Source: Longimicrobiales bacterium (GTDB taxonomy: Bacteria > Gemmatimonadota > Gemmatimonadetes > Longimicrobiales > Gaopeijiaceae). From it: a stretch of DNA of 64,000 nucleotides. The notes under the pieces are model-generated. The model made no database searches. It was not told the DNA's origin and worked only from the letters and a program-made list of their open reading frames with translations. The stretch lies in assembly GCA_965249725.1 (NCBI GenBank), contig CBDFMQ010000002.1:2144001-2208000 (forward strand), in the 5' to 3' direction. Shown here one piece after another: positions 46,498 to 58,700 of the stretch; position 1 is the stretch's first letter, and every line of letters starts with the position of its first letter. Position numbers and translations under genes: made by a program.

Positions 46498-49400
46498 GCG
46501 ATCGGAATGAGAATCGGGCCGCGGCCCAGTCACCCATAGCCATCGTCGGCATCGCCTGCGTATTCCCCAAGGCGGGCGGCCTGCATGACTACTGGGCCAA
46601 TGTGCGGAACGGTGTTGACGCCATTACCGAGATCCCCGGGGCGCATTGGAAGACGTCGGAGTACTACGACGCCGACCCAAAGCGGCCGGACATGACGTAT
46701 GGCCGCCGCGGCGGCTTCATCGATCCCATCGACTTCGAGCCCATGGCCTTCGGCATCCCGCCGCGGGACCTCGAAGCCACGGACAGCACCCAACTTCTCG
46801 GCCTGCACGTGGCCCGTCAGGCTCTCGACGACGCCGGCTACGGCGCCGAGGGTCGCGAGTTCGATCGCGAGAAGACGAGCGTCATCCTAGGCGTGAGCGG
46901 TACGCTGCCGTTGGTGATTCCTCTAGGCGCCCGCCTCGGACACCCCATCTGGCGCAAAGCGCTGGAAGATGCCGGGGTCGACCCCGAGACGACCGAAGAC
47001 GTCATCGAGCGTATCGGCGAAGGCTACGTCCCGTGGCAGGAGAACTCCTTCCCCGGACTCCTCGCCAACGTCGTGGCCGGCCGCATCGCGAATCGCCTCG
47101 ACCTTCACGGGACCAACTGCATCGTTGATGCGGCCTGCGCTTCGTCGCTCAGCGCGGTTCATCTCGCGGCTCTCGAGCTCGAGTCCGGCCGGTCGGACAT
47201 GGTCCTGAGCGGTGGCCTGGACACGTTCAACGACATCTTCATGTACATGTGCTTCTCCAAGACGCCGGCGCTGTCGGCCACGGGGAATGCTCGCCCGTTC
47301 AATAATGAGGCCGACGGCACGATTCTGGGTGAGGGCGTCGGCATGCTGGTACTCAAGCGGTTGGGGGATGCGGAACGAGACGGCGACCGCATCTATGCCG
47401 TGATCAAGGGCATCGGATCTTCTTCCGATGGCAAAGGACAGGCCGTATACGCGCCAGCCCCCGAGGGTCAGGCACGGGCGTTGCGATCGGCATACGAGAA
47501 CGCCGGCATCCGGCCCGACACCGTCGAGCTCGTCGAGGGTCACGGCACGGGCACCCGTGTCGGTGACGCCACCGAAGCGAAGGGCCTGACGACCGTCTAC
47601 CGAGAGGCCAACCCTGAGGGCACGTGGTGCGCCCTCGGATCCGTAAAGTCGATGATCGGTCACACCAAGGCCGCGGCGGGAGCGGCGGGCCTGATCAAGA
47701 CGGCTATGGCGCTCCACCACAAGACTCTTCCCCCAACCATCAAAGTGGAGAGCCCCAACGAGGCAGTGGCCACAGGGGAGACCCCGTTCTACGTGAACAC
47801 CGAGAAGCGCCCCTGGCTGCCCAAGAGCGCGCACCCGCGCCGCGCCGGCGTGAGCGCATTCGGGTTCGGGGGCAGCAACTTCCACTGCGTGGTGGAGGAG
47901 TACGAGTCGAACGCCACGGAGGTCGATTGGGACGGCCGCGATCAGCTGATCGCCTTCTCAGCCGCCGATAGGGAGGCCCTCGCAGCGCAGCTCGAGGAGT
48001 TCGAGGCGGAGGGCGACTGGTCTGACATCCGGGGACGGGCCGCCGAGAGCCGGGTCCGCTTCGACGTGTCGGACGAGATAAGGCTGCTTCTTGTCGCCGA
48101 CCGGGACGGGACCCCCGTCGCCGATCTGATCGGGATGGCGCTCTCGCAGTTGAAGAACGAACGAGCGTCGTGGACGATGCCCCAGGGCATCTACTTCGGG
48201 TCCGGGGCCGCCAAGGGCAAATGGGCGGCGTGCTTCCCTGGACAGGGCGCCCAATACGTCGGAATGCTCCGCGAACTGGCGTGCCGCTTCCCTGCTGCTG
48301 CCGACGCCTTGGCGGCTTCGGACGAAGTCACGCCGGGGCTTGCCGACCGGGTCTATCCGCATCCGGCCTTCGACGACGCCACTCGATCGCAGCAGGAGGA
48401 CGCGCTCCGTGCCACGGAGACCGCCCAGCCCGCCATCGGCGCGGTCAGTCTGGCCGCTCTCCGAGTGCTCGAGCAGTTCGGTCTCAAGCCCGATGCTACG
48501 TGCGGCCACAGCTACGGTGAACTCGTAGCCCTGTGCGCCGCAGGACGCCTCCGGCCCATGGAGCTGTACCAACTGTCGCGGCGCCGTGGTGAGCTCATGG
48601 CGATCGGGGACGGAGACCACGGCTCGATGCTGGCCGTGGCGGCAGAACTGGAGTGGGTCAAACAGTTCTTGCGGACCCATGACCTGGACTTGGTCGTGGC
48701 GAACCACAACGCGCCGGAGCAGGCCGTTCTTTCCGGGATCACGTACGAAATCGAGCGCGCCCAGGATCTCTTGTCCAAAGAGGGCGTGAGAGTAAAGCGC
48801 CTCGCCGTAGCCGCTGCTTTCCACAGCAGCCTCGTGGCCCAGGCGGGTGCGCCGTTCGCCGAGAGCCTCACGAGCATCGACGTGACGGGCAGCGACGTGA
48901 CGGTGTACGCCAACGCCACGGGCGCCGCCTATCCGGAGCGCTCGGCCGACGCCCGCGAGCTACTGGCGAGCCAGCTGACGTCGCCCGTGGAGTTCGTCGG
49001 GTGCGTGAAGTCGATGTTCGAGGATGGCGTGCGGACCTTCGTGGAGGTGGGCCCTGGGCGTCGCCTCTCGGCCCTCATCGACGAGATCCTGGCCGGAGAG
49101 GACATTTCCACCGTGGCCATCGATGCTTCCTCCGGCCGCCGAGCCGGGCTGGTGGACCTTGCCCGAACGCTGGCCCAGGTGGCCGCGGAAGGGCATCCTG
49201 TGGCCCTGGATCGGTGGGATGATGGAGCCCTCGAGGCCTGGCAGCACGAGATCGCTCGCGGCAAGCCGACAATGACCGTTCCCATTTCTGGTGTGAACCA
49301 CGTGGACCCAAGACCGAAGCGGCCGCCGAGAGCGGCTGTGCCGACTAGGGCGCCCTCGTCCACATCGGATCCACAACTGTTGGCCGAGGCCATGCGCGCG

Positions 49401-52400
49401 AGTCAGGCGAGCCTCCAAGCGCTGGTGCGGCTCCAGGAGCAGACGGCGGACGTACACCGCCGATTCCTCGAGTCTCAGGAGCGGACCATTCAGGCCATCG
49501 CAAGACAGCAGGGACTGTTGCCAGAGGCGTCGATCCCACCGGCCATGCCGGCTGCGGTGGCGGCTCCCGTTGTGATGCCGGAACCCGTTCTGCTCCAGAC
49601 GCCCGCGGTGCCTGCTGAGCCTGCACCTGTTGAGCCTGCACCTGCCGGGCCTGCATCTGCTCAGCCGACGTCCGTTGAGTCCGCACCTGCGCCCGAGTCG
49701 GACGCCCCCGTGCCCGGCATCGCTGCGGCGCTCCTTTCGGTCGTGTCCGAGAAGACCGGGTATCCCGAAGAGATGCTCGAGCTTTCCATGGGACTCGACG
49801 CGGATCTGGGCATCGACTCGATCAAGCGGGTTGAGATCCTGTCCGCCCTCCAGGAGCGGCTTCCGGGCGCACCGGTCATCACACCCGAGCACTTGGGCGA
49901 AATCCAGACGCTCGGACAGATCGTCGAATTCCTGGGCGGGTCTGCCTCCGAAGCGGACGGACCGTCGGTGGACGCCGGCAACGGTGGGGTCGAAGCGACG
50001 CCCGCAGCCGAGTCGACCACCGCCAGCATAGCTGAGCCGGAAGCAACGGTGGCCGGCAATGGCGCGGCCGACACTGAGACCAACGGAACCGCCGATGCGC
50101 CACGGATCGCGGAGGTCCTGCTCGCGGTGGTCGCGGACAAGACGGGATATCCCGTCGACATGCTCGATGTGTCGATGAATCTGGACGCGGACCTGGGTAT
50201 CGACTCGATCAAGCGGGTCGAGATCCTGGCCGCACTGCAGGAAGCGCTCCCGGAGGCTCCGGTCGTGGCTCCGGACCAACTCGGCGAACTGCGTACGCTC
50301 AGCCAGATCGTGGACGTGCTCGCGCAGGGGGGCGAGGCCGAGCCCACGCCCTCGCTGGCCGTTGCAGACCTGCCGGTTCAGACCGCCGCGACCGTCGCGA
50401 CCGGTGTCGAGCGTCTCGTACCGACGCTTCGGCCCCTCGGCGCGATCGGAGATCCGATCGGGCTGCCGGCAGGATCCAAGATCTGGGTGACCAAGAGTGG
50501 CGACGTCCTCTCGGGCCAGATCGTCGAGGAACTCAGTGCACAGGGCTACTCCGCCGAAGAGGTGGAACTGACCGACCCGACGCAGGACCCACCCGATGAC
50601 GTAGCCGGCCTGATCGTGGTCGTACCTCCCCGGGTCACCGACGAGGACATCCTCTTCGGCTTCGGGCGTGTGCGGGCCATGGCCCCCGTCCTTCGTCGCG
50701 CAGCGCTGCAGGGCGGTGCCCTCCTGTGCAGCGTGACTTGTCTCGGCGGCGGCTTCGCCCTCGAAGCGGCTCCCCCCGAAGATGTGGACCCGACGGGCGG
50801 CGCTTGGGGTGGCATGACCAAGACGGCCGCAGCGGAATGGACCGAGGTCGACTGCAAGTGCATCGACGTGGACCCCAACCGCATCGACCTCGCGTCGGAC
50901 GTAGTCAAGTACGCCCTCTCGGAGGGGCCGGTTGAAATCGGCCTGGGGAGCAACGGGCCAGTCACGGTGGTCCTCGAACCACAGCCGGTCGAGCCTGCGG
51001 CACACGCGGCCCTGGGATCCGACGACGTGGTGTTGATCACCGGTGGGGCCCGGGGTGTGACCGCAGAGGTAGCAGTAGCCATGGCCGAGGCGGGACAGCC
51101 ACGGCTCATCCTCATGGGCCGCAGCGCCGAGCCGACCAGTGAGCCCGACTGGCTCATCGGCCTCGACGGAGAGGCGGACATCAAGCGCGCCATCGTGGCC
51201 CAGGCGGGTCCGGGCGTCAGCCCCCAAGAGGTGCAAGCGGAGTTCAACCGCATCCAGGCCAGCCGGGAGATCCTGCGAAACCTCGCCCGGATCTCGGCGG
51301 CAGGTTCCGAGGTCGTGTATTCGTCTGTGGATGTACGTGAGCCCGAAGCCGTACGTGCCCGCCTCGAACCGCTGATCGAGGCGTATGGACCGATCACTGG
51401 GCTCGTGCATGGAGCCGGTGTTCTGGCCGACCGCAACATCGAAGACAAGAGCGACGAGGATTTCGCTTTCGTCTATGACACCAAAGTGGGTGGATTGCGC
51501 TCCGTGCTCGCTGCGCTGGAGGACGCTCCGCTGAAGACGATGGTGATGTTCTCCTCGTCGACAGCCCGCTTCGGGCGACGCGGGCAATCGGATTACGCCG
51601 CGGCCAACGAGGTGCTGAACAAGGTGGCGCAGGTCGAAGCCGCCCGCCGGGAAGGCTGTAGAGTGGTCTCGGTAAACTGGGGCCCGTGGGATGGTGGCAT
51701 GGTGACCCCGGCCCTGAAGGACATGTTCTCCGCCGAGGGCATCGAAGTGATCGGCATGGAGAGCGGAGCCGCCTACCTGCTCGACGAGATCGCGTGCGAC
51801 GGACCCGCCGAGGTGCTCATTCTCGGGGCAGGGTCACAGCTGCCCACCGAGAAGTACGCGTCGGTGGAAGCCACCAACAGCGCCGCGCCGGACGAGTTGC
51901 CGGTGGTCTTCGAGCGGACGATCACTACCGACACCCACGAGTTCATGGCGTCCCACGTCCTGGACGGTCATGCCGTGCTCCCGGCCGCGATGACGTTGGA
52001 ATGGCTCGCCCACAGTGCTCTCCACGGGAATCCGGGACTGCGTTTCGTCGGCGTGGACGACTTCCGCGTCTTCAAGGGCGTGCTCGTTCAGTCACAGGAG
52101 TCCGTGCAGGTACGCGTTTGTGCCGACGCGGCTCGCCGACGTGGAGACGAGTTCGTCGTGACCGCGGAGCTCTGCAGCGGTGGCAGCAATGGCCGCCGGG
52201 TGCTCCACGCCAGAGCCGAGATCGTCTTGGCGGCGAGGCAGCCCGACGCGGTAACGCCCAACGCCTCCAAGGACCTTCCGGCGCTCAAGCAGTCGATCGA
52301 AAGCATTTATGCCGAGACACTCTTCCACGGACCGGCAATGCGGGGCCTGGTCGACGTGGAGAGCTGTGGTGACTCGGGTCTCGTGGCTCGCTGCCGGGTC

Positions 52401-52766
52401 GCTCCGCCTCCCCGGGACTGGATGCAGGAGCCGGTGCGCAATCGGTGGATCGCCGATCCCCTCGTGCTCGATAGTGGACTCCAGGCCATGATCGTCTGGA
52501 CGTCCGACCGGGTCGGCGAAGCCTCTCTGCCCTCGCGATTGACGCGGTATCGGCAGTTCGTCCCCGCCTTCCCCGATGATGGGGCGCGCATCGTCATCAG
52601 CGTGCGTGACCGCACGGAGGCCCGAGTGGTGTCCGACATCGACTGGATCGGTGTCGATGGACGCCTGCTCGCGCGCCTCGAAGGGTACGAGTCGGTCGTG
52701 GACTCCTCGCTCAGCAAGGCGTTCCGCCAGAACAGCCTCGACAAGAGCGCGTCGACGAAGGCGTAG
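46494..52766 (+). CDS. pfaA: PUFA synthase PfaA-like (KS-MAT-ACPx2-KR-DH)
   Basis: DAACASS, HGTGT, GHTKAAAG, FPGQG, GHSYGE, AFHS, LDADLGIDSIKRVEIL twice, TGGARGVT, DYAAANE, HVLDGHAVLP; TTG overlaps the pfaD stop. Confidence 0.92.
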   Translation: MSDRNENRAAAQSPIAIVGIACVFPKAGGLHDYWANVRNGVDAITEIPGAHWKTSEYYDADPKRPDMTYGRRGGFIDPIDFEPMAFGIPPRDLEATDSTQLLGLHVARQALDDAGYGAEGREFDREKTSVILGVSGTLPLVIPLGARLGHPIWRKALEDAGVDPETTEDVIERIGEGYVPWQENSFPGLLANVVAGRIANRLDLHGTNCIVDAACASSLSAVHLAALELESGRSDMVLSGGLDTFNDIFMYMCFSKTPALSATGNARPFNNEADGTILGEGVGMLVLKRLGDAERDGDRIYAVIKGIGSSSDGKGQAVYAPAPEGQARALRSAYENAGIRPDTVELVEGHGTGTRVGDATEAKGLTTVYREANPEGTWCALGSVKSMIGHTKAAAGAAGLIKTAMALHHKTLPPTIKVESPNEAVATGETPFYVNTEKRPWLPKSAHPRRAGVSAFGFGGSNFHCVVEEYESNATEVDWDGRDQLIAFSAADREALAAQLEEFEAEGDWSDIRGRAAESRVRFDVSDEIRLLLVADRDGTPVADLIGMALSQLKNERASWTMPQGIYFGSGAAKGKWAACFPGQGAQYVGMLRELACRFPAAADALAASDEVTPGLADRVYPHPAFDDATRSQQEDALRATETAQPAIGAVSLAALRVLEQFGLKPDATCGHSYGELVALCAAGRLRPMELYQLSRRRGELMAIGDGDHGSMLAVAAELEWVKQFLRTHDLDLVVANHNAPEQAVLSGITYEIERAQDLLSKEGVRVKRLAVAAAFHSSLVAQAGAPFAESLTSIDVTGSDVTVYANATGAAYPERSADARELLASQLTSPVEFVGCVKSMFEDGVRTFVEVGPGRRLSALIDEILAGEDISTVAIDASSGRRAGLVDLARTLAQVAAEGHPVALDRWDDGALEAWQHEIARGKPTMTVPISGVNHVDPRPKRPPRAAVPTRAPSSTSDPQLLAEAMRASQASLQALVRLQEQTADVHRRFLESQERTIQAIARQQGLLPEASIPPAMPAAVAAPVVMPEPVLLQTPAVPAEPAPVEPAPAGPASAQPTSVESAPAPESDAPVPGIAAALLSVVSEKTGYPEEMLELSMGLDADLGIDSIKRVEILSALQERLPGAPVITPEHLGEIQTLGQIVEFLGGSASEADGPSVDAGNGGVEATPAAESTTASIAEPEATVAGNGAADTETNGTADAPRIAEVLLAVVADKTGYPVDMLDVSMNLDADLGIDSIKRVEILAALQEALPEAPVVAPDQLGELRTLSQIVDVLAQGGEAEPTPSLAVADLPVQTAATVATGVERLVPTLRPLGAIGDPIGLPAGSKIWVTKSGDVLSGQIVEELSAQGYSAEEVELTDPTQDPPDDVAGLIVVVPPRVTDEDILFGFGRVRAMAPVLRRAALQGGALLCSVTCLGGGFALEAAPPEDVDPTGGAWGGMTKTAAAEWTEVDCKCIDVDPNRIDLASDVVKYALSEGPVEIGLGSNGPVTVVLEPQPVEPAAHAALGSDDVVLITGGARGVTAEVAVAMAEAGQPRLILMGRSAEPTSEPDWLIGLDGEADIKRAIVAQAGPGVSPQEVQAEFNRIQASREILRNLARISAAGSEVVYSSVDVREPEAVRARLEPLIEAYGPITGLVHGAGVLADRNIEDKSDEDFAFVYDTKVGGLRSVLAALEDAPLKTMVMFSSSTARFGRRGQSDYAAANEVLNKVAQVEAARREGCRVVSVNWGPWDGGMVTPALKDMFSAEGIEVIGMESGAAYLLDEIACDGPAEVLILGAGSQLPTEKYASVEATNSAAPDELPVVFERTITTDTHEFMASHVLDGHAVLPAAMTLEWLAHSALHGNPGLRFVGVDDFRVFKGVLVQSQESVQVRVCADAARRRGDEFVVTAELCSGGSNGRRVLHARAEIVLAARQPDAVTPNASKDLPALKQSIESIYAETLFHGPAMRGLVDVESCGDSGLVARCRVAPPPRDWMQEPVRNRWIADPLVLDSGLQAMIVWTSDRVGEASLPSRLTRYRQFVPAFPDDGARIVISVRDRTEARVVSDIDWIGVDGRLLARLEGYESVVDSSLSKAFRQNSLDKSASTKA
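49611..49685 (+). repeat. Degenerate 15-bp tandem repeat (five units) encoding the PAEPA/PVEPA/PAGPA linker before ACP1
   Basis: cctgctgagcctgca, cctgttgagcctgca, cctgccgggcctgca, ... Confidence 0.65.
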
Positions 52767-52771
52767 CCGCT

Positions 52772-55700
52772 ATGTCCGCATCCGAGCCGATCGCCATCGT
52801 CGGCCTCGGCGGGATCCTCCCCGGCGCCGCTACCCTCGATGACTTCTGGAATGTCGTCGAGGCCGGCGTGGACACCGCCTCAGAGCCACCCCCGGGTCGC
52901 TGGCATCTCGATCTCGAACAGGCGTACGACCAGGAACGCGCCCGAGCTGACCACATCTACTCGCGACGGGCCTGCTTCGTAGGGGAGTTCCACCTCGATC
53001 CCACCGGGCTGGATCTTCCTTCGGAATTGTTAGAGGCCGTCGATCCCATGGTGCATTTGGCGCTTCATGCGGGTCGGCAGGCGTGGCAAGACGCCGTCAC
53101 GGATCCAGTGGATCCCGGACGCGTAGGCGTCATGCTCGGCAACATCGTCCTCCCCACAGTGTCGGCATCCGCGATGGCGGATTGGATTCTCGGGCGCCGC
53201 TTCGAGCGGGAGGTGTTCCGGGCGGCCGGTGTGCCCATGCCGACCGAGGATCGTGTGCCCGTCGGGTCCGTAAACCGCTGGGTCGCAGGACTTCCCGCCG
53301 CGGTGCTGGCTCGAGGCCTCGGGCTGGGTGGGGATCGCTTCTGCCTGGACGCCGCGTGCGCTTCGTCCCTCTTCGCCGTGGACCTCGCGGTCGACGCTCT
53401 CCGAGCCGGCCGCCTTGACGCCGTCCTCGTGGGCGGAGTCTCACGGCCCGACTCACTCTACACGCAGATGGGCTTTTCTCAGCTCCTGGCCGTGTCGCCC
53501 ACCGGACGCTGCTCACCGTTCGACCAGAAAAGCGACGGACTGGTGGTCGGGGAGGGCGCCGGAGTGCTGGTGTTGAAACGCCTGTCCGATGCGCTCGCGC
53601 ACGGCGATCGTATCCGGGCGGTCGTAAGAAGCGTCGGCCTCTCCAACGATGTGGAGGGCAGCCTGCTCGCTCCCAGTCGAGAGGGGCAGTTGCGAGCGAT
53701 GCATGGCGCCTACCGGGCCGCCGGGTGGCGGCCTCGCGACGTCGACCTCGTCGAGTGCCATGCCACCGGGACCCCGGTGGGAGACGCGGTGGAATTCGCG
53801 AGCCTGCAGGCGTTGTGGGCCGAGGAAGATGCACCGGCTACCCGGTGCGTCATCGGCTCGGCCAAGTCCAACACCGGCCACCTGCTGACCGCGGCCGGCG
53901 CCGTCGGGCTCCTCAAGACCGTGCTGGCGATGGAGCACGAGACCCTGCCGCCCACGGCCAACTTCGAGGGGGCCGGAGAGAAGATCGACCTGGCGGGAAG
54001 TCCCTTTCGCGTGCTCCAGGAGGCAGAGCCGTGGGAGGCCCCGGAGAACCATGCACGTCGTGCGGCGGTCAGCGGATTCGGTTTTGGTGGGACCAACGCC
54101 CACGTGCTCCTGGAGGAGGCGAGGGAGCACGTCGCCGGACGGGCCAGCGTGGCCGTGCCGGAGCTCCCAGGCGAGTCGAAGGCCACAGCCGAGTCTTCCC
54201 CAAGCGAGTCGCCGAACACCGGAATCGCGATCGTGGGCATGGGCGCCCGCATCGGCCCGTGGCAGGACCTCACCGACGTCCAGCAACGGATCCTGGGGCG
54301 AGGGACCGACCATCCCGTTCGGCCGAAGGAGAACCATTGGGGGGTCCCGGATCCCCCGCAGGGTTGGTTCATCGAGGAACTCGAGATTCCGTTCGGCCGA
54401 TTCAAGATCCCACCGAAGGAGATCGAGGAGGCACTTCCCCAGCAGATGCTCATGCTCCAGGTGGCCGAACGCGCGATCGCCGACGCCACCATGGACGATG
54501 TCGAGCGGCTGCGTACGGGTGTCTTCGTCGGGGTAGAGATCGATCTCAACACGACCAACTACCATCTGCGGTGGGTGGTGCGCAACAGGGCCGCCGACTG
54601 GGCCGGTAGGATGGGACGTCCGACCGCAGGGGCAGAGTTCGAGAGTTGGGTGGACGAGCTGTGCGACTCGCTCACACCGGCACTCAACGCAAACCGCACC
54701 ATCGGCGGTCTGGGCTCTATCGTGGCGAGCCGGATCGCGCGGGAATTCGAACTCGGTGGCCCGAGCTACGTGCTCGCGAGCGAGGAGACGTCGGGCATGT
54801 CGGCCCTACAGGCAGCGATCCGGTCCCTCCAGACCGGCCGGCTCGACTGTGCCGTCGTAGGAGCCGTCGACCTGTCCGGAGACGTCCGCGCCCTTCTCTC
54901 GCTGGCGAGTACCGATGGCCTGGCGAGTGACGGCATCCCGCGCCCCTTCGACGGGCAGTCTCAGGGCGTGGTTCCCAGCGACGGCGCGGTAGCCCTCATT
55001 CTGAAGCGCGAAGACGAAGCACGACGTGACGGTGATCGGGTGTACGCCGTCGTCCGCGGAGTGGGAAGCGCGGGCGGAGAGCTGGCTCATGCGGGTGGCG
55101 AAGCGGCCCTCCGCAGTTGCGAAATCGCCGGAATCTCACCGGAAAGCATTCCGTATGTGGAGGGCCATGGAGGCGGGGTCCCGCGCGACGATCGTGCCGA
55201 AGCGCGAGCTCTGGCCGAGATCCACGGCGCGGATACGGTGCTCGGATGTACGAAGGCCCGCGTCGGCCATGCCGGGGCTGCCGCCGGCCTCGTCTCGGTC
55301 CTCGGAGCGAGCCTGGCGCTCTATCAGCAGGTGCTTCCTACCGCCAATGGCCGCGACCGGGCCGGACCGGCCACTGGCGCTCGGGGGGATGCGGCTCGCG
55401 ATGACGCATCACCCACAGGACTCACTCCGCTCGCGGACTCCCGGCCATGGGTCTGCGATCGCTCCGAGGGCCCGCGGCGGGCAGGAGTCCTGGCGGTCTC
55501 TCGAGGCGGATCGTGTTCCCACGTTGTCCTCGAGGAATCGGTCGATACGGTTCACGAGGAGGAAAGGACGAACCCTCTCGGTTCGTTGGAGGAAGGCCTG
55601 TTCGTGGTGGAGGGCGACGATGACGAGGCCGTAGTCGCGGGCCTGAGACGCCTCGCGGATTTCGTAGGAGGCCCGGCGGGAAGCTCGGCGGGAGGCCCGG

Positions 55701-58700
55701 CGGGAGGCCCAGCTGGAGGCTCGGTCGGAAGCTCGGTGGCCGTGTCCCAGCTGGCGCAGCGCTGGTGGCTCAATGAGTCCCTGAAGCCCGAGGCCGACCG
55801 GGCCGTGGCCCTGGTGACCCGGGATGCCGGCGAGACCGAGGACCTTGCGCGGGCCGCCGCCGATCAGATCGAGACAGGTGCCGATCCCTCCGATCGGGGT
55901 GCCGGGCGGGTCTTCTTCACACGTGAGCCACTCGGACCCGAGGGTCGACTCGCGTTCGTGTATCCCGGCTCCGGAAGTCAGTTCGTCGGCATGGGCCGCG
56001 AGCTCTGCCTGCAGTGGCCGGACGTCCTTCGGGGACAGGAGGGGACCAGCGACAGGCTGAACTCCCAACTTAGGGCATCCGAGATATGGCGGACCGGTCC
56101 TGCCCCGACCGACGCGCAAACGGTGATCCTGTCTCAAGTGGCGCTGGGTACGCTGGCGACCGATCTCATGTCTCGATTCGGCGTGAAGCCCGATGCGGTC
56201 GTCGGCTACTCGCTGGGTGAAACGGCTGGGTTGTTCTCCACGGGTGCGTGGCACGAGCGGGACGAGATGCTTCGCAGAACCACCGAGAGCGATCTGTTCG
56301 AGACCCAGCTCACGGGGCGCTGCACCGCGGCCCGATCCGCATGGAATCTGGACGCGGATGCGTCGCTGGAGTGGAAGATCGGCGTGGTGGACCGTCCCGC
56401 CGACGAGGTCCGGCAAGTCCTGGACGGCCGCGAGCGGGTCTATCTGCTCATAGTGAACACTCCGGACGAGTGCGTCATCGGTGGCGATGCCGAGGCGGTC
56501 GACCAAGCCGTCGAGGCCCTCGGTTCCGCATTCCACGAACTCCAGGGCGTCACGACCGTGCATTGTGAGGTCGCCCAGGAGGTCGCGGACGACTACCGGA
56601 ACCTGCACCTACTCGATACCCGCCCACCCGAGGGCGTCCGTTTCTACAGCGGAGCCTGGGGCGAGTCGTACGAAGTGGACCGGGAGCGGGCTGCCGACTC
56701 CCTCCTCGCTCAGGCACTCCACGGGGTGGACTTCCCCAAGACGGTGCGCCAGGCCTACCAAGACGGCGCACGCATCTTCCTGGAGATGGGTCCGGGGGCT
56801 TCCTGCACACGCATGATCTCGAAGATCCTGGACGGCCTCCCCTTCAGGGCACGGTCGATCTCGTCGCCGACTCAAGACGAGCCGTCCGCTGTCCTCAGGG
56901 CCCTTGCCATGCTCTTGGTCGAACGAGTCGACGTGGATCTCGGGCCGCTCTACCCGACGGCGCTGGAGCCTGAGAGCGAATCACAGCCGGTCATCAGGGT
57001 CCCCATCGGACAGGCCGGATTCGGGTCGATCCCGGTGGAGCCTTCGGTCGACCGGGACGCCGCGCCGCTCGAAGCCGACCCCGTGCCCGTCGAGGCCGAG
57101 GCCGGCGCCATTGCGGTCGCTGGCACCGCTTCCTCCCCGGCGACGTTTGCCACCGAGTTCCCACAGGATCTGGCGGCCGCCGTGCGGGCCGCGGAGACGA
57201 CGCTGGAGGCCCACCAGGCCTTTCTTCGCTCCGCCGAACACACACGCCGGCTGGCGGAAGCACAGTTGGCGCATCAACAGGATCTCTTGCAGGCTCTGAC
57301 CGTGGGGGGAGAGGCGCCCCTGCTCGCCACGGATCGATCGGCAGCCACGGAGCGCCCGGTGGTCGAGGATCGATCGCTCGCCTTGGACCGGAATCAGCTC
57401 ATGGAGTTCGCCATCGGCTCCATCGGCAAGGTGCTTGGCGATCGCTTCGCCCATGTGGACGGCCACCCCACCCGGGTGCGACTTCCCGACGAGCCGCTCA
57501 TGCTCGTCGATCGGGTGATCACCATCGAGGCCGAGCCTCAGTCCATGACCTCCGGGCGCATCGTGACGGAGCACGACGTCCTAGAGAACGCATGGTATCT
57601 GGATGGCGGACTGATCCCCACGTGCGTGGCCGTCGAGGCGGGCCAAGCGGACCTGCTCTTGTCCGGGTATCTGGGAATCGACTCTGAGACGCAGGGCCTG
57701 GCCGTATACCGCCTTCTGGACGCCGTGGTGACGTTCCACGGAGATCTGCCCCGGCCCGGCCATGTAATCGTGTACGACATCCAGATCATCCGCTTCTTCC
57801 GACAGGGCGACACCTGGCTCTTCCGCTTCCACTTCGACGCCACGGTCGACGGTCGCCCGCTCATGACCATGCGAGAGGGCTCAGCCGGGTTCTTCAGCCA
57901 GGGAGAGCTCGATGCCGGAAAGGGCATCGTCCTGAGCGCCCTCGAACAGCGAGAGATCGCAGGTCAGCGACCGGACGATTGGCAGGATCTCGTGCCGATG
58001 CGCAGAGAGTCGTTCGACGAGGCACAGGTCGAGGCTCTTCGGCGGGGAGACTTGGAAGGAGCCTTCGGCAGCGAGTTTGCCGGACTGGACTTGGCCCAGC
58101 CACTCACGATTCCCGGGGACTTGATGAGGCTGGTCCACCGAGTCACCGAACTCGACCCCGAAGGCGGGCGCTACGGAATCGGGAGCATCGTAGCCGAGGC
58201 GGATATCCACCCCGACGACTGGTTCCTGACGTGCCACTTCGTCGATGATCAGGTCATGCCGGGCACGCTGATGTACGAGTGCTGCCTGCACACACTGCGC
58301 ATCTTCCTTCTCCGCATGGGTTGGATCGCCGAGGAGGGCGCAGCCACCTGGCAGCCGATCGTCGGGGTGGAGAGCCGACTCCGGTGCCGGGGCCAGGTCT
58401 TGGCTTCCACGGCGATGGTCACCTATGAGATCAACCTGCGAGAGCTCGGCTATACCCCAGAGCCCTACGCCGTCGTGGACGCGATGATGTATGCCGACGG
58501 CAAGCCGATCGTCGACATTCGAGAGATGTCGGTGCGGCTGAACGGCACCAATCGGGAGCAACTGGAAGCCCTGTGGGCGGGTCGCACGACCGAAGGCGTG
58601 GGCGCCTTGTCGGTCGACTCGCCGGAGCGTGACACCCCGTCGGTTCATCCCGTGCCCGAGCGTAGCACCCCGTCGGAGATGCCCGTCGTCGAGTCGCCCG

